A stretch of DNA of 62,092 nucleotides, counting the filler, from Choristocarpus tenellus KU-1152 (lineage: Eukaryota; Protista; Phaeophyceae), in assembly GCA_964200185.2 (NCBI GenBank). It is 10 parts of 10 records of this genome, joined end to end, with 100 filler letters (N's around TTAATTAATTAA, not from the genome) between each part and the next. Parts side by side here need not be neighbours in the genome. Positions count along the whole stretch, not along the records: positions 20,151 to 28,347 come from CAXNAD020005013.1; positions 28,448 to 32,929 come from CAXNAD020014355.1; positions 33,030 to 40,733 come from CAXNAD020005720.1; 7 more parts are not named here. The stretch is one strand, 5' to 3'. The translations under genes and the position numbers were made by a program. Positions 24,301-37,455 of the stretch are shown here, piece by piece; within the stretch, counting starts at the first letter, position 1, and each line of letters starts with the position of its first letter. The notes under the pieces were generated by a model, which searched no databases, was not told the DNA's origin, and saw only the letters and a program-made list of their open reading frames with translations.

Positions 24301-27300
24301 TTTAGCAACATCTAGCCTTCATTCCTCTTTGTCTTTCATGCCCTAATTGCATCCCTTCCTACTTTCACACTCTACCCTTGCAGGGTGTATACCTCCAGAG
24401 CTGGGTGATATCTACAGCATGCACATCCTACAGCTCAATGACAACCTTCTTGAGGGTAGGTCCTGGTTTTTGGGATGTACCGCTTGTTTTGTTAGCTTTT
24501 TGTCCATCCTTTTGTTCCTTTTAGTTTGTGTCATTTGACGGGATGTTAGGATAGGGTGGATAGTGGGGTGAGTGCTTTTTGCAAGTTCTGTTACCATATA
24601 TATAGAGATAGTTCTACTTGCAGCTATTGGCATACCGTAACTGTTATCAGGCACACCAACCCCGCAACAAGGGCAAAACCCATACTATCCAGTTAAGTGG
24701 CTTAGAGAGGAAAACCCTGCACGAATCAAACTCCATCGAGACCCAGCCAATCAGGTTCAACAAAATTTTAAATTCTGGAAAGCAGTCCAAAGAGTATAGG
24801 TAATAAAAATTCTGGGATGTGCCTCACAATTGCATGCAAGGAAACGCAAGCAGTGCTCTGTCCCAGTGAGACATAGACTAGTTAGTTGGAAGTTCTGCTC
24901 TATTTTACAGTTATTGTGATTATTGGAAAGGGGAGTTTGTTGTCCTGGTGGAGCTTTTGAGATTGGTCCAGCAACACATTATGATTTAGGCACGTGTTTT
25001 GGAGCTGTGTGGTAGTACTGGCGAATGAACAGCAGGGCAGACCCTCCCACCTCAGCAGTATTGTGTTCACTCTATCAAATCGAGCACCATATTCTTTGTC
25101 ACAATGCCGCATGTGACGGAAGTGGAGGGGCGACTGTGGCCAGAGACGGGGTTGTGTGTGCCTGGGCAACATTGGGGCAGGGATGTCTGTGCAACGGAGA
25201 AGATGTGCCACCGAGGGGGGGGACTGTGCTAGAGTATGTGAACAAATCAGTACAGACCTATGTGTGGGATAATGAAGGCATCATAGACTAAGATCCTGCC
25301 ACTGATGTAGACATAAATTACACCCTGTGCCAGCCATCTACTTAGTAGTAATATTTGACAAAATGACTGGACTGCAAGGTGGGAAGGAATGGGGGGAAGG
25401 AGGTGTCTGACAATAGTTGTAAGTATCCCCAGCCTTACTTCTAGAGGTGATTACCTCTATCATTGCTGAGTATGGTGATGGCCTTGATGTATCTTTCACT
25501 TTGACTTATTAGCTGTTGTGAGGGTATATTATTTACTCTAGACCCAGAGGTTTTACTTTTTTTAAAGCTAAAGTGATTTAGCTTGTCTGTTGCCATGCAT
25601 GCTGTTGTAATGTATCAGTCCCCAATATGTGCATTTGGCGTGTCAGTCAAATTCTACATAGGCTTACTGATATCAAGGAAATAAGTTTGTTCGCAGAATA
25701 TACCACAAATGAACTATGTTATATGTACCTATGTTTGCAAACACAGGGGATTGCACTGCAGTGTTGATGTTAATTTTTATTTTTGTATTTGATGAGGTGT
25801 TCGTTATGGTGTACTTTCCATTTAGTATTAGTATTATTAGTCAATTGCTTATTCAGTATCATATATTGAATTGTGTAACCTTTCGTTGGTAAATGAGTTG
25901 GATTTGAAGCTTTTGTACAACACAGGGCAACTAGTTATCTGATTCTATACAAAATGAGCTGGGGGACTCATATTTATTTGTTTTTTTCTGTTGTGCAGGT
26001 GGTATCCCACTGGAGTTTGGCCAGCTGCTGAACATTGAGCTCTTGTGCATAGGTGGCAATGCCCTTGCAGGTGAGATAAAATATGTATACACATTTGAGC
26101 AGTTATTCGTTGATTAGCAACAACTCAACTTGATTGACTTGTTGCGATTTGCAACACAAAGTGTGGTGTGAAATTTTTTATTGGCATGCATTTTGAAGCA
26201 AGCAGTGCATATCATGCTCACTTCTTTCCATCCATACTACAGTACCTTGGAAAAATCCCTATGTGTGTATGCCTCGAAGTAATCAGAAATATATATTTCT
26301 CACAAACTCTCTTGACATTGATGTTTTATTGTTGTTACTGATGTGTCTGTTGGTGCAGAGCCATTGCCCCCTATAGGGGGAGTGGGCTTGAACCAATGGA
26401 TGTCCATTAAGAGGAAGGCATATCTGAAGGGGTCGGATGTCATGGGAAGGCTAGCCTTCTTGGAGAAGGAAAACACTCTCCTTCGAAAGGAGAATGCTCT
26501 TCTTCTCAAGGTATTAGACTGATCTTAGTTCAATGTATAAGAGAACAGTATGAGAACATGAGGTACTGCCCACCCCCCAGCCCTCCTACCCAAACCACAT
26601 CTCATACAAAACCGTTGTTAAACATGTTTTGACACAATTGATTTGATATGTGTGTGTATGGTGAATATTTTGCATTGTTTTGAGGTTTAATTCATGTATA
26701 GTGCACTGCACAACAAATGCATAGGGCATAAATATCAAATATACTGTAGGGTGTTTATTGCTATATTGCTGGGGAGGAGAGGGATATTTTTTGTTTTATT
26801 ATATGAAGAGGCGAGGTCTCTTCATTGTGTGAGAAGGGATGTTGTTGGACACATTGCATCTTTACTTCCGCATGTCCCTCCCCCAACCAACTTCCTGACT
26901 TTGTGCTGAAGAACATTTTAGTGGGAAGGGGTCACTTGTTTGCTTGATGAAAAATATTAACATCTTTTTCCAAGGTAAGCTGTCATTCATAAACCAGTAT
27001 AAAAGTGAACGTTTTTTTTGGCGTTGAGTTGATTTTTATAATTTTCAGTTTAGAATGTTGATTACGATTTTGTTGTGAAAGCTGTATATGTAGGTGTTTA
27101 TAACAGTAATACCACAGATTGCTTTGTAAAAGTCTTCAGGCTGATGTTGAAATACCAGGACACTGATATCATTATCACTCATGACTCGTGGCCTTGGTGT
27201 TTGCACAGTGTAAAGTTGTCTGCATGTGACATGCATGAGTTTCATATTTATGTGAAGGTGTTAATAGGTAGTGAAGGTCCTCTGGCATACCCTTCTTTGC

Positions 27301-28347
27301 CCGTGTGTCAGGTTGCCAGCTGTGTCAAAAGTCGGGCTTTGTATAGATTTTGTTATTGAACATTTGTGTCTCTCTCTACAACATAATGTAAGGCAGTTCC
27401 TGAAAAGTTGCAATTTTCTCTTCTTTCGTGCTTTATATATAGATATATATATATATATATATTGACTGCCACATCCATCCTCCACCCTCCTTAACTCTAA
27501 ATGCACTTCTTGCTGCTTGGGACCGATGAAATGTAATTGATCTGTCTGTTTATATAGACGGTGGAAGACTTGAGTTCAAAGGAGAGATCTGTCTCTGGAC
27601 GGTTTCAGCCTACTGGGCTAACGCTGGATGCCACCCTTGCGCAAGTGCCCCAACACGTGAAACCCCCCAGTGCCAGGATTCGACTGACTCCACAGCTTAC
27701 ACCTAGGTCCATGTCACCATCAGCACCAAGCCCTGCAGGCACAGGTGCTGCAGTCAATGGGGCAACAAACGATGGGAGCACGCCTCCAGTTGACAGAGCT
27801 GCAGTGGTCACTCCTTCTGGAAGGTTTGTTCAGTCCCTGGAAAATCATACCCGCGGATCTGAAATATGCAGCAGGCACTTGCCAGAGAATGAAACTCCTG
27901 ATGAGGTCACAACTGAGGAGGGTGCTTCAGGGTCCCTGATTCCTCAAAGGTCAATGCAATGCTCTGATCCTGTTGTGGTTCCACCAATGTCTACCTCTCA
28001 CTCTAACTCGATGTTGGTGACAGAAAAGGTATCCATGAGCGTGGGGCGGGGAAGGGGAGCAACAGCAGTGGCACCTGCTTCAGGAACAGAAACAGGAACA
28101 TTACCATCAGGGGTGGCATCTGTGCCTGTGATCTCCAAAGTGAAGATCGAAAAATCATTACCAACAGTGGCTAGGCCAATGCCGGTGATGTCCAAGGTGA
28201 AGATGGCTGCAGCGGCACTTGAAGCAGCAGCAGCATCTAAACGTAGAGGTGGGGAGGGTGTGGAGGCAGGGAGAATGGTTGGGGAGAAAGTGCAAGAGAG
28301 TGGGGCCTGTGTAGCAGGAGTGCGAGTGGGCAGTGGGAGGGGGGTGG
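21378..28347 (+). CDS. LRR protein (plant-type LRRs, one per 72-bp exon) plus coiled-coil and low-complexity tail; both ends incomplete
   Basis: AG/GT-bounded 72-bp exons 21378-21449 (GCIPAALSRLTYLMRLELDGNQLT), 22228-22299 (GGIPPELGDLSHLKLLFLDNNNLS), 23163-23234 (GEIPPELGRLSCLYRLDLSHNQLS), 24384-24455 (GCIPPELGDIYSMHILQLNDNLLE) and 25999-26070 (GGIPLEFGQLLNIELLCIGGNALA). Then 26359-26510 (..LEKENTLLRKENALLLK) and 27558-28347 splice in frame. Confidence 0.9.
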
Positions 28348-28456
28348 NNNNNNNNNNNNNNNNNNNNNNNNNNNNNNNNNNNNNNNNNNNNTTAATTAAT
28401 TAANNNNNNNNNNNNNNNNNNNNNNNNNNNNNNNNNNNNNNNNNNNNAAAAACAAC

Positions 28457-28625
28457 GGGGGGGGGGGGGGGGGGGGGGATCTACACCAGGGTGTCCATTT
28501 GGGCCATAACCAGGAAAAGTGCACTTACATTATCCATCCGACGCATGCAACCAAATCATCAAAAAATCGTGACATTGAAAAATTGGCCCCAAATGGACAG
28601 CCACCACCCCCCCCCAGATACTTAA
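28457..28625 (+). mobile_element. MITE family B copy (left end at contig edge)
   Basis: Near-identical internal sequence to 5783-5966 (AAGTGCACTTACATTATCCATCC..GCATGCAACCAAATC). Confidence 0.85.
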
Positions 28626-28879
28626 GACCTGAACCATTGTCTCGAATGCTTTCGGTTACATATTACCGTAATTCACATCTTATTCTGGACAGAAAGTTCG
28701 TTTTCGGCTTATGTCTACATGCTCAGGACGTTATCCCATGTCGTGATGGAGTTTTCTGGAACATTGTTGTGGGTGTTTCTTTTTGGTGATTCTTTCTCGA
28801 AGCAACAGGTGCTAAACCAAGGGTCACCATGTATCATAGTATCACTCTACTTTTTTCAACCATCTCATCAAGTTCAGAA

Positions 28880-29460
28880 AGTGGGAATCATGTGAGGCTC
28901 CCATTTATTTCTTCTCTCTCCTTCCATGCTGACACAACCTGGAGTGTAAATCTGCACACCCCCAATAACAAGGACGGACACCTTGGATGCTGTTCCTAGG
29001 GGAGCAACACCCTCTCAACAGGTCTTATCCTCCCCAAAAGGACCTGATCTGTGGAGTAGTGCTTTTCCAATGGGTTTGGAGGAGGCTGCTGCAGTAAGCA
29101 GGTGGTGAAAGTTAGGGATAGGCATTTCTTCACCTCGAGTGCTTGATAGGTGGCATCTTCTATGCCTATCGATCATCGAGAATACCCTGTATGAAGTGTA
29201 CAACAACATATTGGGCAGAACGAACGTACATGAGTACGGCCAAGTCTTATCTGTACATATCCAAAGCACATGTACCCATCCGTTTGAGCTGCATTTACAG
29301 TCAGAGAATAGGATTGGAGTGAGCAGGGGTTTGGCAGTGATGGGTGGGTGGCTGGGGCGGTGTTGGAGGTGTACTGGGAAGGAATGGAATCTGAGGGCTA
29401 CACCAAAACAAGTCCCCCTCTTTGTCAAACGCACACAAGGGTTGCAGCAGGACATTCAAG
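28880..29460 (-). mobile_element. Degenerate LTR-retrotransposon (Ty3/gypsy-like) RNase H relic
   Basis: With one frameshift it reads TVNASSNGWVHVL (cf. TDAS..GWG.VL), and downstream CADLHSRL (cf. AD.LSR). A second related fragment lies at ~32020-32130 (CADLDCCLCQYERREEKEIRASHDS). Confidence 0.4.
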
Positions 29461-31199
29461 ACCTGTTCCAGGGCATCACTACCTTAGAGACCAACGTAGC
29501 TGATAAGAGACAGTGGTCACAATACTTGTTGAAGATATCTTGGATGCTAAAATAACATTTCATATCTGTATCCACGCTTTACAATCAGGGGTTTTCACCA
29601 GGCCAGCAAATTAACAAAAGTTCCATCCAACAACCAGACCAGTCCCACAATTATTTTACATGTCCCAGTCCATGTCCACTAGGTCCACATACCATGCATA
29701 AATCTTGACGTGTAGTAGTAGTAGCCGTTATAGTAGCAGCATTATGTAACCACACATATATGCAGTCGTGAGGTAAATAGAAAGTAAGTAATAGAACCAA
29801 AGTCAAGCAAAAACCCCTCCAGTGAGTACCAGTGGCACCAAAGATCTGTTTAATCCCCACATGATGAAGCGAGCGGTGACAAGACGTCGGAGTACCTAAA
29901 CTTTCAGAAAAATGTGATCCAATGCTCTACAACGAATAGACTTCTGGAATTTGGGTACTGGGTTGTGTTTTGTTTTGTGACCGACCCCAAAATGCTCCAC
30001 TCCACCCGTTATCCAATGGAAAGAATATAATCTTGATAAGACAATCAAGAATGTCACTTAGTAGAAAATCGAAAGGAGCGCGGAAAACATTTGTTGCAGC
30101 TATATAGAGCCGGGGTTTTTTGGTACCCTCGAACATACTGAAGCCCTGTTAATTGGTCTAGAATAAGGCTTATTTTGGACTTCAACTCAAAGCACATCTG
30201 AAAGGTGCGCACTTCTAAAAGTGGTTGCTAAGGACATTTCTTCAAAACACCCTTACAGTTGAGGTATGCTGAGATTGAGCTGACCTCCTGATATTCAAAA
30301 CAAGACTAGAAATGGGTATCTCCTGTTACGCACAACAATGTCCTTCTACAGACGAGCGGTATACATCCTGCGCACATGTGGAATAGTACCTCCATGAAGC
30401 TATGCAAACGAACATGACACATTAATCTCTAGGTCAGCCAAACCGAACATTATTCCATGTCGGGCACGCCATGCCTGATCAGCACCCTGTCTGGTTTAGC
30501 ATCCTGATTAGGTCCATCTGGTAACCATTGTTTGGAATAGGGTTTTGCTTTCGTCAGTGGTACGGCATGGCCTAAAAAATGTGTTGACGGTACATGGGAA
30601 ATTCCTTGTTCCGTTCGGAGTAAATGGATAACGTCATACTGCTCTGCCAGCTGTTGATATCTGAGTCATTGGCAAACAGGAAATTTCCGAATTAGTCAGC
30701 CACCAGGCTGTACTGTGAAAACGCTTCTATTCCGAGACATGACGGCTCAAGGAAACATCTAAGAACCCGTGTTGAGTGTTCCACATCAATGAGTGACTGC
30801 TACCTTAAAGGAGGTCAATGAATTTATTACCAAGACTTTCACCAGGCCAGCAAATAAAAAAAACGTCCCGCCCACCAACCAGACCGGTCCTACGTTTATT
30901 TATCATATCCCAGTCCATGTCCGCCAGATATTAAACCGATCCATGTCCTCCAGCCAGACTGGGTCAAACATTCTCTGATATCTCTGGACCATGTCACTGG
31001 ATATTGTACTGCTCCATATCCCCTGGCCGCCCGGTCTAGCTTTTCCCCTTGTATGTCCGGACCATGGCCATCAACTAGTTCGATATTATTCTAGTATTTC
31101 CGGATCATGTCCGCTATGTGTTCTAGAAGTCCATCTGTCGATTTCGTTTGGTCTTTCCATACGAACTATATTAACTTGTGCATCATATTTTTTAATATA

Positions 31200-31490
31200 C
31201 CCTCTGATATATTACGGATGTGTGAGGGGAAAAATCAATGACAAGCCAATAAAATATCAGAACCCCTGAAAAGTAACACCGGTCGAAAATGTGGAAGGCA
31301 TTTTTCTATCATCTATATACTATTTATATAATAGTCACGCATCATATTGAAGGGTAATGTTACCACACGCAGAACACAAGTCACCTCAGCCTCACATGAA
31401 TGTATCACATTTTCGACAACTGTTACTTTTACAGGGATTTATGATGTTGAATTGGCTTTTCCTTTGACGCATATACAAAATGTGAGAGTG
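31200..31490. mobile_element. Family C foldback/MITE with ~100-bp imperfect TIRs
   Basis: 31200-31295 is the inverted counterpart of 31405-31490 (..CCCTGAAAAGTAACA..TCGAAAATGTG). Both arms match 17530-17640. Confidence 0.7.
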
Positions 31491-32578
31491 TGGAAAGCAT
31501 GTTTGTCTGTTGTTATACCGTTATTGCCGTATGTCATATACTGTTACATCATTGTACCGATTGAGATTCCTTGTCAAGCATCCATGATTCCACTGGCAGA
31601 TCTTCCGTCAGAATGAAACCATGGAATCTCTGCACGAGACCAACCCCACAGACTTGGGACAGTTCGTCATTCAGAGTTGTCAAACATGGAAGATCCAATT
31701 TGTTCTCATATCTTGACTTGTAGTCATGAGGCCCTTCTTTGAAGATGCTCATGACTCCTCAATTTGCACTTACTTGTCCAACCTTAACCTCATACCCTCG
31801 GTCACGGTTCGTCCTTGTTCGTCTGTTCCGTCTTGCCCGGCGATTCTCTTCGCCACCCTTGCCTGAGTGAACCATGCCGCCACAGAATCACACGATTCAC
31901 ATATGTGGGGTTTGGAATTACATTTAAACCCTCACCCTCACATACCCATTGACTTACATCTCACTCACAAATAATAATATAACATATGAAGACACCCACA
32001 ACGTCACTCTTCTTTCAACCATGTGATAGTTATCAGCAATTGAGGAATCGTGTGAGGCTCTTATCTCTTTCTCCTCTCTTCTTTCATACTGACACAAACA
32101 GCAGTCTAAATCCGCACAGGTCATGAGCCTCAACGGTATGGAGATCGACAAGAAGAAGTTGCCCGTCTGGACTAGAGCACCAGGAAAGTTAGCGGAGATC
32201 TGGACAACATAGAGATTAGCTGTGGTGGTTTACGCCGGTGGAAGAGTCTGTACGACAATCTGCGGCGAAAATACGTGGTCCCCGAATTCACGGAGACACC
32301 AACGGAACAGGAACGATGATCGCACGAGATTTACGAGAAATAGTCTACGAAGGACGGTGAGAGGATGAGGTCCCTGTGCACCTCATCAGACAAGACAAGA
32401 GGGTCCGCTGCAGTAATAGTGATGAAATTTGAAAAAGAGAACCCAGACGACACAGGAACATGGATTGAATTATAAAGAGGCAATGGAAGTCGCGCGGAGG
32501 ACGAGATCCCCGTGCAGCTTATCATGCTGGAGGCAAAACTCCTGAACAGTAGGGATTTCGTAGTCCAACTTGAAAAGA

Positions 32579-32782
32579 TCTGATATAAGGTACGAGGAGC
32601 GAAAGCAGATAATTAGGCCTCAAGGACGCATGCCGAACATTTTTCGCACAACTGATCACAAGACCCGATAGAAGCTACGAGGACCTGAAATGAGCAATTA
32701 GGCATCAAGAACGCCATGCCGAACATTTTTGCACAGCTGATCACAAGACCCGATATAAGGTACTAGGAGCTGAAACAGCCAA
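32579..32782 (+). repeat. ~85-bp tandem repeat, about 2.3 copies
   Basis: GATATAAGGTACGAGGAGC..AATTAGGC.TCAAG..CATGCCGAACATTTTT.GCACA.CTGATCACAAGACCC is repeated. Confidence 0.8.
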
Positions 32783-34845
32783 TATTCTCATCATTGTCAC
32801 ACCAACAAAGTGGATCTGCACCTTCGACAACAATGGGAAGCTCGAGGTGAAGGAGATATGGGATATGGTGTTCATAGATAGTGCTGCTGGCACACTATAG
32901 ACACCATCGGTGGAGTAGATTAGGAAATGNNNNNNNNNNNNNNNNNNNNNNNNNNNNNNNNNNNNNNNNNNNNTTAATTAATTAANNNNNNNNNNNNNNN
33001 NNNNNNNNNNNNNNNNNNNNNNNNNNNNNCCCCCTCCCAGATACTTTGGGTCATCTTTACGTGCACGAAAGTCGAAAGTAGCCCCCAAAAAACGAAAAAC
33101 GAAATACGAATAATGATTTTGTCGCTTCCAAAAAGAGACTGACCGAGAAAATCCCCATTATGGAGCAAAGCCCCTTTTTGTGATGCACAGAAAGGCGTGT
33201 CTTGGGCAGATCTGGGGATCAATGCGATACAGCTGTGTCTACCTCTCAGTTAGTATGACTCAAAAAAGCTTGTTGCGGACACTTGCAATAGAATGTCATA
33301 CAGTAGTGTTCCTTCACAGCTCTTACCGGACAACACAAGCGCAAGCTAGAACTCTAGTATAAGTTAACTAGTCATATAATGCTAAGCAAGGGTCAAGCGT
33401 TTTTCAAGGAAGGCGTTTTTGTTATTAATCCTGTATGTACCTGCCCGAGGGAATCGCTCTGGCAACGCCTCTGTTGAACACGATCGTGCAGTATCTTCTA
33501 TATAGAACATTTTTCCCAAAACCAAAATTTTGAAAGTGGAAGTAGTTGCAGTTCCACGGTTCATACCGCCAACTGTACACTGCCGTTTGCGTACATACCC
33601 CCCAGGACTAATACCCTACCCTTCTGATGCGTGGAGGCACGAACTTGTCCACACCACACCACAAGTAGGGATCAAGAACCAATATAACTCGACCAAACCT
33701 TCTCCTTGTGCTCCACAAAGGTTTAGGCGCCTGTACTCATGGATCAACAACCACCCCATCACCAATCAGATCTACAGCTCAGAAGGGGAAGGGGGTGTCC
33801 TCCCAACTGCAGTCACCTCAGTACTGTGCCAGGTAGACATTATTTATCTTCAGAAACCAACGATGACCCTCTGGAGTTTGCCAGCTTGGTGATGACTTGG
33901 TGTGTTCTCCTTGTTGAGGAGTAGCTCAAGCCGTGCATTGCTTTTTTGTTGTCTTGTCAGTGTCCCAACTCACTCTCCACCATGTGCGACCCTGACATGA
34001 TCACACCACCCACTCCTACCTCACCAACTGATATTTGAAGCGGTTGAATGACATCAAAATCCCCCTTGAGCATTACTGTTTCTATTACTACTGCTCAGGT
34101 GGAGAAGCTCACTGTGCAGGTGGAGATGAAGGATTCAAGCACCACTTCCAATCCCACTCTCAATGAAGATACAACAGTTATTTCCCTTGGCACAAACAGA
34201 GAGGTCGGCCATCCATGTCAGAACAGTCAGTCAGTACAGGATGGTCATTCAGGGGAGGGGCAGAACGGATCGATAGAATCAGCAGGGGAGAAGCAAAGCC
34301 AGTTTGTGAGGTAAACAGTACCTTATTTCCCCTTTATTGTTGTGCCTTTTTTTGAGGAAGGGCGGTGGTAATTAGGTGTTGGAACCCTATCAGGCTTGGG
34401 GAAACATAGGCTGAAGCGGGGATGGAAAGCAATGGGACTACATTACTTAGGGTTAGGGTCCTTAGCCATAATACGGACTGTGCCAGGTAGAGTGATAAGA
34501 GAAGCAATCATTCTCAGGCGATGATACAATTCTCTTCCTGCTGTAGCAATATCTGCTGGTGTAAGTTGGAGTCCTTTGAGAAAAAACAAAACAAAATGTA
34601 AAAATGCTCCACAGCTGACCCATCATTGTTCACGAGGTCCTGACGCACGTGCTCCCTCTTACCTCAAGAAAAAGAAAAAAGAAATGATGTGTGCAATAAT
34701 TCAAACACGAAGAGATATGAAGGCAGATTAATACCCGCAGGTGGGCATAAGCTAACTTCCCGTTCTCCTTCCCTTTCAAATACACATGTCTGTCTGACTA
34801 GTGTGTCCTTTTTTTATTTTTTTCTCCATCTAATGTTTGCCTCGA

Positions 34846-37173
34846 TGTCATCTCACAGTTCTGATGGCATGGGGAACTTTGAGGACTCTGATTGTCGAAC
34901 CGTTGTCTCCCCTACATTCAAAGACAGGCTTCTGTCCACCTTTTCCAACAACTCGGGGGAAAGGAGAAGGTGAGACTCCCCTACATTCTGCTGGCATTTG
35001 TCTTAGGTTCAGGTTCGTGCCCTTTAGGCTCTTATTGGGGGGAATCGCTCTTGTGTCGAAGACAAAAGCCGCTACCTTTGTTGATATGAAACAACAGGCT
35101 GAACAGAGCAAGTCCCTCCCTGTTTCCATGTTCACTCCCGATAGAATACCAACGCCACTTCTAGTTTTAAGCCCCCACTATATATATACCTCCACCTCCA
35201 CTCCTATTCATACACCGATCGATATAAATCCCTAACCTTTTTCTTAATGAGAGTATCCTTAGGGAGGAGGGGGGGGGAGTCTGTCTTAGTCCATTTGAAT
35301 GATTTGAGGGCTTTTTCAAGTTTCTGGGTCTGACCCCCAATTTCTATCCTGAAAATACACGTGCAAAAATATTCTGCTTGGTTCGCTGTGACCATGCCAG
35401 ATGAGACCCTCTGTATATAGAGGCATCACCCCGGGTTTGAGAGTGATGGGATATACAAGTGATTAAAAAGATGGAAAAAAGAAGGCTCTCCCACACGTCT
35501 CTATGATTCAACCATACTAGTCTCTAGGATGTGTTAACTCATAGATCTGTACCCTAAACACTCTCATGGTCTTCAAAGGTGGCCCTGCGAAGGTGGAGAG
35601 CAAAGGCAGGGTCGCCAAGAGGTTGACATCCCCTGGAACACACAGATGGCAACATACACCCTATACCTGGCCGATGAGAGGGGAATGCTAAGTGTCTGGG
35701 ATGTGAAAACTCTCCTCTTGGAGCTTTCTTATAGGTTGGTATATGCTGCACTACACCGAGCCCTATCTGGGCATGTTACACTGCATGGAGATATATCAAG
35801 TGTTAGATCTCTTGGGGCATTCTAAGTTAACATAAAAGAAGCTGACCAGAAATCAAATACCATGGCAGTTCTGAGCGCTAACCAGCAATTTGGACAGAAA
35901 CGCATTCATTTTTTCTCATGCAAGACAACCCTAACCCTAACCCTAACCCTAACCCTAACCCTAACCCTAAGATAATCCTCAACAAACGTATCCGCCTCCT
36001 GTACGGCTTGGTCTATCCGGACTGGTTGTAAGTGATGTCAGTGGGCCAAAAGGCCCAGTCCCCTCTTTGACCCTTTTTGTAGATGTCAACATGTGTGCAA
36101 AATTGAAATGTACACGACATATTAGTATCTACTATGTAGCACTCCAGAGCATAACTCAACACACTTTCCTAGCGGTCCAGATGCGCTGGAAAGGGTAGGT
36201 AGGGAAAGGATTGAAGTACAGGTCATAGGTTAAGAATTCATAGAGAGCACAATATACACAATTTAGGGTTAGGGAGGGGCTTGGGAATAAACACTCACCT
36301 AGTTGTCTGGGTAGAATGAGCAGCGCAAGCGACTTTTATGTGTACTTCTTTTGCTCATCATCAGTTCGAACATTTGTAGGGCAGTTCCTTTCAATCAGAC
36401 CAAGAGGGCACTTCTTGCTACTTCACAGCCGGTGGCTCAAAAATAGGTAGACAAAGTCGGATTTCGGTGAGCTTTTATTGTCACTTCATAAAGGGTTCTT
36501 GCAAGATCATTACAATAATGGAAATTTAACATCATTATTGCGCATTTTGTAGTCTAATACCTGCTATATCCATACCCCTCAAGGTGTTTGAGCTGATGCC
36601 GGACAGAGGAAGTATGTATCAGTATGCTCTTTTTGATCACGACTGAAATTCCACCAGTCCATATGACCCTGGTCATAGATCGGAAATGAAACCTACTCTG
36701 GAATACCACATACTGAGGAGAGGAAATTATCCCAGATAGTACATTTTCCAAGCACAGGAAGGGGGGACAGACACTGAAGTCATACAAATTAAAGTGCTAA
36801 GGAGAAGCAGTATCACAAGAAGGCAACAGAGTCTTCAAATGCAGACGCCCTTTCATTCTATTTTTCTGGGTCAAAGTATGTGGGGGTGGGGGGGTGGGGG
36901 TGGAATTTTGACAAAGCGACCGACGCACACCCAACATCGACATTGACATCGACATCGCCTATGCCGTGTTCTCATCTTCTAGGTCCAGCGTGAAGGAGCA
37001 TCAAGACCAAGGGCCAGGTTTAGAGATTGTTCAGCAGTCCGTTTCGTATGAGTCACCCAATTGCTTCACTCGTTACGACGCCGAGGAGATGTTAGACAGG
37101 CAGCGCTCTGCCTTCCTTCAAGAAGGGAGGGCAGGCTACTGGCACCCTGAGTTTGAAGACATGGGACTACGAA
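34846..37173 (+). CDS. Possible exons of a hypothetical protein
   Basis: MSSHSSDGMGNFEDSD...GERR ending at AG|GTGAG near 34970. AG-bounded coding-like segment ~36983-37173 (SSVKEHQDQG...WHPEFEDMGLR). No recognisable domain. Confidence 0.3.
35927..35970 (+). repeat. Interstitial telomere-like repeat (CCCTAA)7
   Basis: Seven perfect CCCTAA units inside a contig. Shorter or degenerate tracts at ~34447, ~36263, 38410-38464, ~42903 and ~49405. Confidence 0.9.
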
Positions 37174-37213
37174 TGTGGGTAATAGTGGTTTAGTTGGGGT
37201 GTGAGAGGGAGCA

Positions 37214-37455
37214 CGAGTGGAAGTATACGGGTTTTGCACTGTTTGTCCATTAAGGGCTTGGCTTCCCTCGGTGTTTTTTTTTTAAGGACATTTTCCTACT
37301 CCAAAATGTTTCGGAATAGGTAAAATGTGTATGTTATGAAAAGGTGTGTCTGGAACGAGGATATTGACACTTCCTAACAAACACGATAGCCAAAATTACA
37401 TCAAAATCGTAACTTTTGGTTTTGGCCCCCCAATGGACATGACTCTACCCTTGTA
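37214..37455 (+). mobile_element. MITE family A degenerate copy
   Basis: Internal match to 61173-61429 (GACACTTCCTAACAAACACGATAGCCAAAATTACATCAAAATCG); TIRs eroded. Confidence 0.8.

Noticed and set aside
24600-25400. Possible LTR-element 3' end (purine tract plus TG at ~25215) inside an LRR intron
   Set aside because: No second LTR and no recognisable pol motif.
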